A DNA stretch of 20,689 nucleotides from an uncultured Deinococcales bacterium (lineage in GTDB: Bacteria; Deinococcota; Deinococci; Deinococcales; JAAFIG01): assembly GCA_964244895.1 (NCBI GenBank), contig CAXTKV010000083.1, positions 1-20,689 on the forward strand, in the 5' to 3' direction. The notes beneath the pieces are model-generated. The model was not told the origin of the DNA, searched no databases, and was given only the letters and a program-made list of their open reading frames with translations. Position numbers and translations under genes: made by a program. Below are positions 1 to 12,449 of this stretch, in pieces; the first letter of the stretch is position 1, and each line of letters starts with the position of its first letter.

Positions 1-2625
1 GTGTTCGTGATGGGCGAGGCGGGCAGCGGCAAAACCGCGCTGGTCAACGCCTTCACCGAGGACGCAGAGCGGCAAATTGACGACCTGATCGTCACCGTCG
101 GCAACTGCACCCAGGGAAGAACCAGCGATCCGTTCCTGCCCTTCCGCGAGGTGTTGGCATCGCTGACGGGCGGTGCCGAGGAACGGGGCGGGCGATCGAA
201 AACGTCCAACCGCCTGGGCAAGCTGTTGGTGCGCTCGACCCAGGTGCTGGTCGAGGTCGGCCCGGATCTGATCGGGACGCTGATTCCCGGTTCTTCGCTG
301 GTCGCCAAGATCGGAAAGGTCGCGATTCAGAAGATGGGCTGGATGGATCAACTCGAGAAACTCGACCCGAAAAAGCCCGAACCCAGGGCCGATCAGCCCG
401 CCATGGAACAGGGCCGGATCTTCGAGCAGTACGCCAACGTCCTGAAAGCGATTTCGCTCGAGCACCCGCTGGTGGTCGTGATCGACGACCTGCAATGGGC
501 GGATGAAGCCTCGATCGGGTTGTTCTTTTACCTCTCGCGCCGCCTGGAAACCAGCCGGATTCTGCTGGTCGGCACCTACCGTCCCGACGAGATCGAAAGG
601 GCCGGGGAAACGCGGCACCCGCTGGAAAAAGTCCTGACCGAAATCAAACGCTACGCCGGGGATGTCTGGATCGATCTGGGTCAGACTCAGGAAGCCGAGA
701 AAAAAATATTCGTGGAACGGTTCCTTGAGAGCCAGCCCAACCTGTTCAGCGCCGATTTCCGCGAGCGCGTCTACCAGCACACGGGCGGCCACCCGCTGTT
801 CACGGTCGAACTGCTGCGCACGATGCAGGAGCGCGGCGATCTGGTCAAAGACGCCGAAGGCCGCTGGACGCCGGGAAGCGCGCTCGAGTGGAACGCCCTG
901 CCCGCCCGCGTGGAGGGCGTGATCGAGGAGCGCATCGGGCGGCTCAACGCGACCGAACGCGAGATCCTGGACATCGCCAGCGTGCAAGGTCAGGTCTTCA
1001 CCGCCGAAGTGATCGGGCAGGTCTCTCAGATGCAGATGCGAGCGATGCTCAAGGAACTCTCTCAGGCGCTCGAGCGGCAGTACCGGCTGGTTCAGGAAAC
1101 CGGATCGCTGAAGGCGGGGCGCACGCTGCTGGCGTCGTACCAGTTTGCGCACGCGTTGTTCCAGAGTTACCTGTACAACGAACTGGGCGCGGGTGAAAAA
1201 CGCCTGCTTCACGGCGAGGTGGCCAAAGCTCTGGAATCGCTGTACGCCGGGCAGACCGACCAGATCAGCGCCCAACTCGCGTGGCATTACGATCGAGCCA
1301 GTGACGGCGAACGCGCCAGCCCGCACCTGGTGCGCTCCGGGGAGCTGGCCAACGCGCAGGGCGCACCCCAGGCGGCCAGAGGGTTCTTCGACCGGGCGTT
1401 GGAGATTCTGTTGGACGTTCAACCCGCCGAAGCCCTCGAGCTTCCCTGGTTCGAGCTGCACTGGCGAGCCCTGATTGGACGGCACACGGCCCTGCTGCGG
1501 CTCGGCGATCCTGAGGCCCTGAACGCGGACACCGAGGCCCTACGAGAATTGGCCGGAGCCTCGGGCGACCCGCAGAGGCGCGCCGATGCCGCCTACCGCA
1601 GACTGTTGCGAGCCAATTTTTCCGGGGGTTCCGGGCTGATCCTGACCGCCGCCGACGAAGCGATTGCCGCCGCTCGAGACGCCAACGCCAAAGCGCTCGA
1701 GGCGCGCAGCCTGTACCTCAAAGCGACCACCCAGATTCGGATTGGAGACGCGACCAAAGCGCAGGAAACGGCGGCCTTCGCCATGTTGCGCGCCCGAGAA
1801 ACGGGCGACGATACCGTCCTGGCGAACGTCTTGAGCGGCGTGGCGACCGTTCACGCCTACGCGGGCGACCTGACGCGCGCCGTCGCGCTGCAACGCGAAG
1901 CGCTCGAGGCCGCACGGCGCGCCGACAGCCGCGTCAACCGGGCCAGAATCCTGGCGAACCTGGGCGATGACTACCGACGGCTCGGACTCTACGACCTCGC
2001 GAGAAGCACGCTCTCGGAGGCCCTGGACGCCAACGAAGTCATCGGGGCGAGGCGCGAACGGGCCTACGTGCTGCAATTGCTGGGTTACGTGCAGGTCGCG
2101 CAGAGCGATGCCGCTGGCGCGCAACCCACGCTCGAGCGCGCCCTGATGGAATCGCTCGAGATCGACGACCAGTACCTGCGCGCCGAATGCACCAAGATCC
2201 TCGGGTACGCGCACGAATCCCTGGGCGATCTGACGGGCGCGAAACAGTATTTTCTAAAGGCGCACGCGCTCTTCGAGGCCGACCAGAACGCGTTCTCGGC
2301 GCTGGAAGCCGTAGCCGGATTGGCTCGCATCGCGCTGGCGCAGGGCGAACACGACCTGGCCCGGAGCCACGCCAAACGCCTCTGGGATTACCTCGAGCGG
2401 CACGGCATGGGCAGCCTGATGCCGGAAGCGAACCTCGTCTGCGCCGAAGTCTTCGAGCGATCAGGCAATGTTGCAATGGCCCGAGACGCGCTGGACGGTG
2501 GCCACCTCGATCTGATCCGGCGCGCCGACATGATCAGCGACCCCGAATGGCGCGCCTCCTTCCTGGAACACGTTCCCGAAAACGCGCAACTGCTTCGGCG
2601 CTGGCGGGCTTCACAGCGCCCCTGA
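1..2625 (+). CDS. STAND-class AAA+ ATPase (AAA_16-like) with C-terminal TPR repeats; probably 5'-truncated by the window edge
   Basis: Walker A GEAGSGKT, Walker B LVVVIDDLQWAD, GGHPLF motif, YQFAHALFQ, then helical TPR-like repeats; ORF is open from base 1. Confidence 0.85.
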   Translation: MFVMGEAGSGKTALVNAFTEDAERQIDDLIVTVGNCTQGRTSDPFLPFREVLASLTGGAEERGGRSKTSNRLGKLLVRSTQVLVEVGPDLIGTLIPGSSLVAKIGKVAIQKMGWMDQLEKLDPKKPEPRADQPAMEQGRIFEQYANVLKAISLEHPLVVVIDDLQWADEASIGLFFYLSRRLETSRILLVGTYRPDEIERAGETRHPLEKVLTEIKRYAGDVWIDLGQTQEAEKKIFVERFLESQPNLFSADFRERVYQHTGGHPLFTVELLRTMQERGDLVKDAEGRWTPGSALEWNALPARVEGVIEERIGRLNATEREILDIASVQGQVFTAEVIGQVSQMQMRAMLKELSQALERQYRLVQETGSLKAGRTLLASYQFAHALFQSYLYNELGAGEKRLLHGEVAKALESLYAGQTDQISAQLAWHYDRASDGERASPHLVRSGELANAQGAPQAARGFFDRALEILLDVQPAEALELPWFELHWRALIGRHTALLRLGDPEALNADTEALRELAGASGDPQRRADAAYRRLLRANFSGGSGLILTAADEAIAAARDANAKALEARSLYLKATTQIRIGDATKAQETAAFAMLRARETGDDTVLANVLSGVATVHAYAGDLTRAVALQREALEAARRADSRVNRARILANLGDDYRRLGLYDLARSTLSEALDANEVIGARRERAYVLQLLGYVQVAQSDAAGAQPTLERALMESLEIDDQYLRAECTKILGYAHESLGDLTGAKQYFLKAHALFEADQNAFSALEAVAGLARIALAQGEHDLARSHAKRLWDYLERHGMGSLMPEANLVCAEVFERSGNVAMARDALDGGHLDLIRRADMISDPEWRASFLEHVPENAQLLRRWRASQRP

Positions 2626-2712
2626 ACGAGGCCGTTTTCCGCGAGGAACGCCGCGCGTGATACAGTCCAATCCACCCTACAGCACGCGCTTTCCCGGAGC
2701 AGAGGAGGCAGC

Positions 2713-2847
2713 ATGAACCCAGACAACGACACCCAGGACGACGCCACCGACGATCAAACCCCGCCCGAGGACGCGCCCGACACCGGCGGCGGAAGCGCCG
2801 GACGGCCCACGGGCGACGGCGCATCGCAGCCGCGAGACAGCGAGTAA
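2713..2847 (+). CDS. small acidic, low-complexity 44-aa protein (below ORF track cutoff)
   Basis: AGGAGG at 2703-2708, ATG 2713, TAA 2845-2847; MNPDNDTQDDATDDQTPPEDAPDTGGGSAGRPTGDGASQPRDSE; GC-rich third positions; TACAGT at 2661-2666 upstream and a hairpin downstream. Confidence 0.6.
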   Translation: MNPDNDTQDDATDDQTPPEDAPDTGGGSAGRPTGDGASQPRDSE

Positions 2848-2865
2848 GAACCCGCTGGACGACCT

Positions 2866-2894
2866 CGCCCGAGGAGCGTACTCGGGCGGGTCTT
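2866..2894 (+). terminator. hairpin, possible weak intrinsic terminator
   Basis: CGCCCGAG/CTCGGGCG 8-bp stem, 7-nt loop, followed by GGTCTT. Confidence 0.4.
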
Positions 2895-2918
2895 ACCGTC
2901 GCCAAACGCACGCTGATC

Positions 2919-2966
2919 GGGAACCGTCCCCGACACGAATCGAGAAATGCGTCCAGGACGGTGTTC
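2919..2966. repeat. REP-like paired palindrome, 48-bp form
   Basis: GAACCGTCCCCGACACG...GCGTCCAGGACGGTGTTC; unit centres 2930 and 2955. Confidence 0.8.
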
Positions 2967-3026
2967 TGCTGGCTCGACACCCGGATGGACTCGAGAGCAA
3001 CCGCCTGACAACACGGAGGCAATCCA

Positions 3027-3569
3027 ATGGAACCAGCCTTTCTCGAGCTGATCGAAACCCTCAAAGACCGTTTCGCCAAAAACGCGCGCCGCCACGCCAA
3101 AATGGACTGGAACGCGGTGCAAACGAGACTGGAATCCAGCCCTAAAAAACTCCGATCGCTCCTCGAGATGGAACGCACCGGCGGCGAACCGGACGTTATC
3201 GGAATTGATGACAAAACGGGCGAGGTCATCTTCTGCGATTGCTCACCCGAAACTCCAGCCGGCAGGCGCAGCATCTGTTACGACCGCAAAGCGCTCGATT
3301 CACGCAAGGAAAACAAACCGAGCACAAACGCGATTGAAATGGCATCCGAGATGGGCATCGAGATGCTCACGGAGCAGGAATATCGGGACTTGCAAGCGAT
3401 CGGGGAATTCGACAAGAAAACCTCGAGCTGGGTCAGCACGCCAGCCGAGATGAGGAATCTCGGCGGTGCGCTCTTCTGCGATCGCCGCTACAACCGCGTT
3501 TTCACGTACCACAACGGCGCGGAATCGTACTACGCCGGGCGCGGTTTTCGCGGTCGGTTGAAGGTGTGA
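3027..3569 (+). CDS. DUF4256 domain-containing protein
   Basis: Recognised family motifs MERTGGEPDV, CDCSPETPAGRRSICYD, FDKKTSSW, YHNGAESYY; GGAGG RBS. Confidence 0.8.
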   Translation: MEPAFLELIETLKDRFAKNARRHAKMDWNAVQTRLESSPKKLRSLLEMERTGGEPDVIGIDDKTGEVIFCDCSPETPAGRRSICYDRKALDSRKENKPSTNAIEMASEMGIEMLTEQEYRDLQAIGEFDKKTSSWVSTPAEMRNLGGALFCDRRYNRVFTYHNGAESYYAGRGFRGRLKV

Positions 3570-3635
3570 ATCTCGCTCGAGTCGCGCGTTCGTGTCGAGC
3601 TCGAGCGCGAGGGTAGGTGCAGAGCGAGAACTCGT

Positions 3636-3683
3636 GAACACCGTCCAGCACGCGAATCAATAAATGCGTCCAGGACGGTGTTC
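3636..3683. repeat. REP-like paired palindrome, 48-bp form
   Basis: GAACACCGTCCAGCACGCG...GCGTCCAGGACGGTGTTC; centres 3647 and 3672. Confidence 0.85.
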
Positions 3684-3703
3684 TTGTGATTCAATTTGCC
3701 TGC

Positions 3704-3709
3704 TAGACT
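3704..3709 (+). promoter_or_regulatory. -10 element of a probable leaderless transcript
   Basis: TG-C-TAGACT 6 nt before ATG 3716; no SD sequence. Confidence 0.55.
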
Positions 3710-3715
3710 CGAGAC

Positions 3716-4204
3716 ATGAGCAGCATTTCCACGGAACGCCTGATTTCGGACGCCGACGCCGTGAACATCAGGCTCGAGATCGTGCGGGGCGTACCCGTCT
3801 GGGAGGCCAGCCCTGGCCTGGGACACCAGTTGGAGATTGATCGGATTCGCTCGAGCATCCAGCCTTTAACCGGAACGGATTGCATTCATGTCGCGTCCGT
3901 CCTGTTCAGGTTTCCCGACGGTTCGCTGACGTGTCCCGATATCGCCGTGCTGTCGAGTTTGCCTGACCAGCAAGACGCACCATTGACAACCATTCCCGAA
4001 GCCGTCATCGAGATCATCAGCGAGGGCTACGAGTACAAAGACCTCGAGATTGCGCCCAGTTTTTACCTGTCCGTGGGCGTGAAGGACGTGCTGGTGCTTG
4101 ACCCGCAACTCAAGATTGTGTACCACCACCGTCACGATGGAAAGAAAAGGCTCGAGTCACCCGTCAGGGTTGAACTCGAGTGCGGGTGTAGGTGCGAGGT
4201 GTAA
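3716..4204 (+). CDS. Uma2 family putative endonuclease
   Basis: LEIVRG..ASPG..HQ, PDIAV, PEAVIEIIS, Y...GVKDVLVLDP pattern of the Uma2 PD-(D/E)XK-like fold. Confidence 0.85.
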   Translation: MSSISTERLISDADAVNIRLEIVRGVPVWEASPGLGHQLEIDRIRSSIQPLTGTDCIHVASVLFRFPDGSLTCPDIAVLSSLPDQQDAPLTTIPEAVIEIISEGYEYKDLEIAPSFYLSVGVKDVLVLDPQLKIVYHHRHDGKKRLESPVRVELECGCRCEV

Positions 4205-4211
4205 GCCTCGA

Positions 4212-4227
4212 GAACACCGTTCTGGAC
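4212..4227. repeat. REP-like palindrome, single partial unit
   Basis: GAACACCGTTCTGGAC immediately after CTCGAG. Confidence 0.65.
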
Positions 4228-4291
4228 AATCCCAATACCGACGCTGAAAAACATTTTCGATTCGCGTACACTGACCACGAGAGGTCAAGAC

Positions 4292-4777
4292 ATGAACTGG
4301 CGAGACGTGACGACCAACCCACAACTGGCGAATTTGCCTTTCAAGATCGAAACCAACGAGTTTGGGCAGGTGGTCATGAGTCCAGCCACGGCGTGGCACA
4401 GTCTGTACCAGGAAGCCCTTCAAATCCTGATCCGCAAGCACATCAAGGGCGGGCGCGTGCCGCCTGAGTGCCCCATCGAAACGAGCAAAGGCGTCAAGGT
4501 CGCGGATGTCGCCTGGATGTCCCGCGAGTTCCTGCGCGAACACGTCGGTGAGGACGCGTTCTCGAGCGCACCCGAACTTTGCGTCGAGATCATCAGTCCG
4601 TCTAACACGCCCGAGGAGATGGATCAGAAGCGCGATTTGTACCTCGAGCGCGGCGCGAAGGAGTTCTGGACGTGCGATCTGAAGGGTCACGTTCGGTTCT
4701 TTGATCTTGAGGGTGAACTCGAGGCGTCCAAGCTCGCGCCGAAATTCCCAAAGCGCGTGACGTTGGATGTGGATTGA
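4292..4777 (+). CDS. Uma2 family putative endonuclease
   Basis: KIETNEFGQVVMSPA..H, VADVAW, APELCVEIISPSN, K..LYLERGAKEFW. Confidence 0.9.
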   Translation: MNWRDVTTNPQLANLPFKIETNEFGQVVMSPATAWHSLYQEALQILIRKHIKGGRVPPECPIETSKGVKVADVAWMSREFLREHVGEDAFSSAPELCVEIISPSNTPEEMDQKRDLYLERGAKEFWTCDLKGHVRFFDLEGELEASKLAPKFPKRVTLDVD

Positions 4778-4902
4778 GGTTCCAAAAGTCATGTCCCACA
4801 GGGTGCTGTTTGACCTCGAGAGCAGAGTCACGAAGTATGAGAACTTTGACAAAGTTCCTGCACAACGACTATTTGATCAAATCAAAGATAGGTCTTCATT
4901 GT

Positions 4903-5367
4903 ATGCGTGAGCTTGAAGAAACCGAATACCGAGAGGTGTGGGACGTTTTCTACGAAGTGTTTCAATTCCATCCCTCTGTTGGTTCCTTTCCTGCCATCTT
5001 GGAGCCATCGCAGTCCATAACTTTTCGCCTTCGCGATCAGCATGAGGATATCGAAGTTAACGAATTGCAAGAGACAATCTTTGACGCGTTCTCGAAAATC
5101 GTTGGGTCGTCTATGGAGGTCTACTACTTAGACTGGCACCATGACTGTTTCGGTATTAATATTGGCTCGAACCCTAGCTGGATCACTGGCTACCCTGATG
5201 GAGACTACGCAATTCTGCTCACAAAAGATATGCAATTCGGCACCTTTGGCCACCCTTGGGAACAAAGCATATGCTTCTTTGGCGATACATTTGTGAAGGC
5301 GGTTCTCAAAAAACGACCTTCTATCCTTGAAAAGGTAATACGCAACAAAGGCGGATATGAGTTCTGA
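4903..5367 (+). CDS. DUF2716-like protein, low GC
   Basis: YYLDWHH, YPDGDY and FGTFGHPWEQSICFFG motifs; ATG 4903 preferred over the track start 4774, but the start is uncertain. Confidence 0.75.
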   Translation: MRELEETEYREVWDVFYEVFQFHPSVGSFPAILEPSQSITFRLRDQHEDIEVNELQETIFDAFSKIVGSSMEVYYLDWHHDCFGINIGSNPSWITGYPDGDYAILLTKDMQFGTFGHPWEQSICFFGDTFVKAVLKKRPSILEKVIRNKGGYEF

Positions 5368-5427
5368 GACACGTCAAATATTAGATCACTTTCAGGTTTA
5401 ATGACGAGAGTAATTTTGTAATTTCGA

Positions 5428-5475
5428 GAACACCGTCCCATACACATTCTCAAATTCGCGTCCTGGACGGTGTTC
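5428..5475. repeat. REP-like paired palindrome, 48-bp form, between convergent genes
   Basis: GAACACCGTCCCATAC...GCGTCCTGGACGGTGTTC; centres 5439 and 5464. Confidence 0.85.
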
Positions 5476-5490
5476 TTCAAAAGGAATAGC

Positions 5491-5520
5491 AAAAGGGCGG
5501 GGGTATCACCCCGCCCTTCT
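5491..5520 (-). terminator. intrinsic terminator of lon, possibly bidirectional
   Basis: AAGGGCGGGG/CCCCGCCCTT stem, 6-nt loop, TTTT on the minus strand, about 20 nt after the lon stop. Confidence 0.8.
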
Positions 5521-5540
5521 TCATCGCGTTCCGTTCTGCC

Positions 5541-8012
<2,472 letters not shown>

Positions 8013-8134
8013 GGATGCCTCCTTGGTTCCTTGACCTCGCATCGCGAGGGTCGGGGTTGACGCACTTTAAGGGGTGGCGTCGTACCTGGAAGCACACTTA
8101 TGAAAAGGTGGTGCTTGAACCTGGAACTGCCCTG

Positions 8135-8143
8135 AGTCTAACA
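8135..8143 (-). promoter_or_regulatory. candidate extended -10 promoter for lon
   Basis: TG-T-TAGACT on the minus strand in an AT-rich stretch; alternative TAGAAT at 8148-8153. Confidence 0.4.
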
Positions 8144-8205
8144 AGTGATTCTATGAATTGATGGTTACTGGTTTGTTTGTGCGTGCTCTTCGGTGTTCCG
8201 GTAAA

Positions 8206-8263
8206 AACTTTCGTGCTGGACAGTGTTTGTAGTGGCTCGAGAAATGCGTGCTGGACGGTCTAT
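8206..8263. repeat. REP-like paired palindrome, degenerate long form
   Basis: CGTGCTGGACAGTGTTT and GCGTGCTGGACGGTCT; centres 8217 and 8252; weaker third unit at 8181-8198. Confidence 0.65.
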
Positions 8264-8303
8264 TGCCTTGAGGGTTCCTTGGATGTCTTTGCCTGAACTA
8301 CGC

Positions 8304-8334
8304 GGCGCACGGGCGAGACGTTCACCCGTGCGTC
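8304..8334. other. stem-loop downstream of clpX
   Basis: GGCGCACGGGCGA / TCACCCGTGCGTC inverted repeat; no clear U tract. Confidence 0.45.
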
Positions 8335-8380
8335 AAACTCTAAACCCGGTTTCTTGATTCGTATGTATTCTGCGTTTCCT

Positions 8381-9628
<1,248 letters not shown>

Positions 9629-9660
9629 TCAAGCCACCTCCCCGAAACTCGAGACTCGAG

Positions 9661-9708
9661 AAGCACCGTCCAGGACGATGTTTTGTGAATGCATGCGGGT
9701 CGGAGTTC
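9661..9708. repeat. REP-like paired palindrome, 48-bp form (second unit degenerate)
   Basis: AAGCACCGTCCAGGACGATGTTT then GCATGCGGGTCGGAGTTC; centres 9672 and 9697. Confidence 0.75.
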
Positions 9709-9727
9709 TCGAAACGGGAAGCATCCT

Positions 9728-10348
9728 TTAATCCTCGAGTCCCTTCATGCCGTCCGCGAACGCTTTGGGCATGATCTCGACGACCTCGTCGATCAGGCCG
9801 TATTCCTTGGCGTTGGCGGGCGTCATGAAGTAATCGCGCTCCATGTCGCGCATCAATTTCTCGCGCGGCTGAGCGGTGTGCTTGACGTACAAATCCGTCA
9901 TGATGTCGCGCAGGGCCAGCACTTCCTTGGCCTGCACCTCGAGATCCGGCGTGTTGCCACGGAAGCCCGCGCTGCCCTGGTGAATCATGATCCGCGAATT
10001 GGGCAACGCGTTCCGGCGACCCGGCGTGCCCGCCATCAAGATCACGCTGCCCATGCTCATGGCGATGCCCACGCAGGTCGTGCGGATCGGGCTGCGCACG
10101 AACTGCATCACGTCGTAAATGGCGAGTCCCGCGTACACTTCCCCGCCGGGGCAGTTGATGAAGAGTTGAATCTCGCGCTCCGGGTTCTGCGCGTCCAGCA
10201 GCAACAACTGCGCCACGATCACGTTGGCCACCTGCGAATCAATCGGCGTCCCCAAAAAGATGATCCGATCCTTCAAAAGCCTGGAATAGATGTCGTAGAC
10301 GCGCTCGCCGCGACCCGTTTGTTCGATCACATAAGGAATGACGCTCAT
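9728..10348 (-). CDS. clpP: ATP-dependent Clp protease proteolytic subunit ClpP
   Basis: [16 protein letters not shown], nucleophile motif [19 protein letters not shown] catalytic triad. Confidence 0.97.
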   Translation of the reverse strand: MSVIPYVIEQTGRGERVYDIYSRLLKDRIIFLGTPIDSQVANVIVAQLLLLDAQNPEREIQLFINCPGGEVYAGLAIYDVMQFVRSPIRTTCVGIAMSMGSVILMAGTPGRRNALPNSRIMIHQGSAGFRGNTPDLEVQAKEVLALRDIMTDLYVKHTAQPREKLMRDMERDYFMTPANAKEYGLIDEVVEIMPKAFADGMKGLED

Positions 10349-10355
10349 GGCGGGT

Positions 10356-10361
10356 ATCTTA
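10356..10361 (-). promoter_or_regulatory. -10 element of probable leaderless clpP transcript
   Basis: TAAGAT 7 nt before the clpP ATG; no SD sequence. Confidence 0.6.
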
Positions 10362-10487
10362 CCGCCTTTTGCGCGGGATTCAGGTCGGTCTCGGGTACAG
10401 ATCCAAAGGAATTACGACTCGAGAACAGCGGCCTGCGTGAGCAAAAACCCCGTCCCGCACGGGCGAATCCGGTGTTCGCATATTCGA

Positions 10488-10546
10488 GAACACTGTCCTG
10501 CGCGGTGTTTCTCGAGCCTCGAGATTTCGCGTACTGGCCGGTGTTC
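10488..10546. repeat. REP-like paired palindrome, 59-bp form
   Basis: GAACACTGTCCTGCGCGGTGTTT...CGCGTACTGGCCGGTGTTC; centres 10499 and 10535; two internal CTCGAG. Confidence 0.7.
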
Positions 10547-10593
10547 CCCGATCGTGTTCATCTCGAGCCAGGGTTCGGGTTCATACTGGAATC

Positions 10594-11103
10594 GTGCGAA
10601 ACGTGATCGCGGTACTCGGCCCGATTCTTCTCGGCTTGGCCTTCGCCCAGGATTCCGTGAAAGCCACAGGTCGCGGTCACAGGCTGATCCTGAACGTGGA
10701 CGGCGTGCGGCGCACGTACACGCTTTCCGAAAAACGCGTCGGCGTGGACATGGATCACGCCAGGGTGCTCGAGTTCCAGCGCCAGAACGGATTGACTTAC
10801 GCGCTGCTGGACATCGACGGCCCATCGAATCGCGCCGGTGGTTCGAACCAGTGCGGCGCGGGCCAGGAATCCAGCCTGGTGTGGTTGCGCCTGAAGCGTT
10901 GGCGTCTGCTCGAGATTCAATCCGTCAAATACGAATCGTGCTGGTCGAGCATCACGTATGCCGTACCAGCGCGTCGCGGCGCGCTGTACACGATCTCGTT
11001 CTCGGATTTCACGGCCATGAAAGACAAGACCGTGACATTTGACCGCGCCCATCCCGAGCTCGGACTCGTCTCGACAGGACACCCGATGCCGCAACCCAAG
11101 TGA
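10594..11103 (+). CDS. hypothetical secreted protein
   Basis: Signal peptide MRNVIAVLGPILLGLAFA-QD; two Cys (CGAGQE, YESCW); CATACT 6 nt before the GTG start suggests a leaderless mRNA. Confidence 0.7.
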   Translation: MRNVIAVLGPILLGLAFAQDSVKATGRGHRLILNVDGVRRTYTLSEKRVGVDMDHARVLEFQRQNGLTYALLDIDGPSNRAGGSNQCGAGQESSLVWLRLKRWRLLEIQSVKYESCWSSITYAVPARRGALYTISFSDFTAMKDKTVTFDRAHPELGLVSTGHPMPQPK

Positions 11104-11110
11104 TTCACGA

Positions 11111-11169
11111 GAACACCGTCCGAGACGCAAATATTCGAGTCTCGATAAACACCGTGCTGGACGGTGTTT
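11111..11169. repeat. REP-like paired palindrome, 59-bp form, between convergent genes
   Basis: GAACACCGTCCGAGACGC...AAACACCGTGCTGGACGGTGTTT; centres 11122 and 11158. Confidence 0.85.
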
Positions 11170-11171
11170 TC

Positions 11172-11594
11172 TTACTCAGGCTCGAGTCCCACCTGCCACG
11201 CCAGGTTCTTCATCATGAAGCTCGAGAACGGTAATTCTTCGGAGTACCACGCGGGTTCCGGGCCGTTGACGCGCTGCCAGACTTCGGGATCGGGTTCGTT
11301 CAGGTGATCCACCGGAATGCCCCAGTGAACGACGGCCTGATTCTCTTCCATGAACACCAGATACCCGCCCTCAACGACGAATTCATCGGGTCGAAACAGA
11401 ACGTTGTAAATCCGATTCGCGTCATCCGCGTTTCCGGCGATCAGGACATACTCGTAGAGCGCGGCGGGCAAAGAACATCCGAGCCTCGATTCGGCCCGGA
11501 TCAGTTCGTCTTTACTCGCGCCGTCCGCCTCGAGCAACCCGCGCCCGAGGACGCGCCCAAGGATGTCCCGATAGCGTTCGAGTCTGTGGCTCAC
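11172..11594 (-). CDS. SMI1/KNR4 (SUKH) family protein
   Basis: GASKDELIRAESRLGCSLPAALYEY signature; FMEENQAVVHWGI; GTG start 3 nt after the yebC stop. Confidence 0.7.
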   Translation of the reverse strand: MSHRLERYRDILGRVLGRGLLEADGASKDELIRAESRLGCSLPAALYEYVLIAGNADDANRIYNVLFRPDEFVVEGGYLVFMEENQAVVHWGIPVDHLNEPDPEVWQRVNGPEPAWYSEELPFSSFMMKNLAWQVGLEPE

Positions 11595-11597
11595 GAT

Positions 11598-12338
11598 TCA
11601 GGCTTCGACCGCCAGATTTTCCAGATCCACGTTGGAATAGACCTTCTGCACGTCGTCCAGATCTTCCAGAGCCTCGAGCAACTTGACGACCTTACCCACG
11701 TCATCCGGCGAGAGTTCCACCGTGTTCTCGACGGTGCTGGTGAATTCCGCGACCAACGGCTCGAGCTTCTTGGCGCGGAAGCCTTCGGCCACGGCGTTCA
11801 GGTCGGCGAAGGCGGTGTACACGTCCAATCGCGGTTCGCCATCCTCGTCGTAGGCGTCCAGATCATCAGCGCCCAGTTCAATGGCCAGTTCCTGGGTGGC
11901 ATCGTCGTTCTTGGGCAAGGTGATCAAGCCCTTGCGCTCGAACATCCAGGCCACGCCGCCGGACATGCTGCCATTGTGCTTGGTGAAGGCGTGCCGGACT
12001 TCGGGCGCGGTGCGGTTGCGGTTGTCGGTCAGGGCGTAAACCAGGACGGCCACGCCGGACGGCCCGTAGCCCTCGTAGACGACTTCCTCGAGTTGCGCGC
12101 CCTCGCCGCCGCCGAGCGCGCGCTCGATGGCCTTGGCGATGTTATCGACCGGAACCCGATCGGTTTTGGCCGCCGCCAGGACGTTCTTCAAGCTCAAATT
12201 GGCCGTCGGATCGCCCGAGCCGCCGGAGCGCACCGCCGCCGTGATCAGCGCCAGGTGCTTGGAGATCATGCCTCCGCGTTTGTTGTCGGTGATGGCTTTC
12301 TTGCGTTTGATCTGCGACCATTTGCTGTGACCGGACAT
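11598..12338 (-). CDS. yebC: YebC/PmpR (TACO1) family protein
   Basis: MSGHSKWSQIKRKK, YEGYGPSGVA, TDNRNRT, WMFERKG, LEDLDDVQKVYSN; GGAGG 7 nt before ATG 12338. Confidence 0.95.
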   Translation of the reverse strand: MSGHSKWSQIKRKKAITDNKRGGMISKHLALITAAVRSGGSGDPTANLSLKNVLAAAKTDRVPVDNIAKAIERALGGGEGAQLEEVVYEGYGPSGVAVLVYALTDNRNRTAPEVRHAFTKHNGSMSGGVAWMFERKGLITLPKNDDATQELAIELGADDLDAYDEDGEPRLDVYTAFADLNAVAEGFRAKKLEPLVAEFTSTVENTVELSPDDVGKVVKLLEALEDLDDVQKVYSNVDLENLAVEA

Positions 12339-12391
12339 CGTCATTCCTCCATGTGAACGCGTCTCCTCGAGCCTCCGGGCGGATACGGGCT

Positions 12392-12439
12392 TCAGGCCGG
12401 AGGAGGGTAGTAGCGCTCGTAAATGAAACTCTTCGTCAT
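12392..12439 (-). CDS. putative polyproline leader peptide of yebC (MTKSFIYERYYPPPA)
   Basis: ATG ACG AAG AGT TTC ATT TAC GAG CGC TAC TAC CCT CCT CCG GCC TGA; starts 10 nt after TAGAAT and stops 53 nt before yebC. Confidence 0.6.
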   Translation of the reverse strand: MTKSFIYERYYPPPA

Positions 12440-12449
12440 GCGATCGCGC

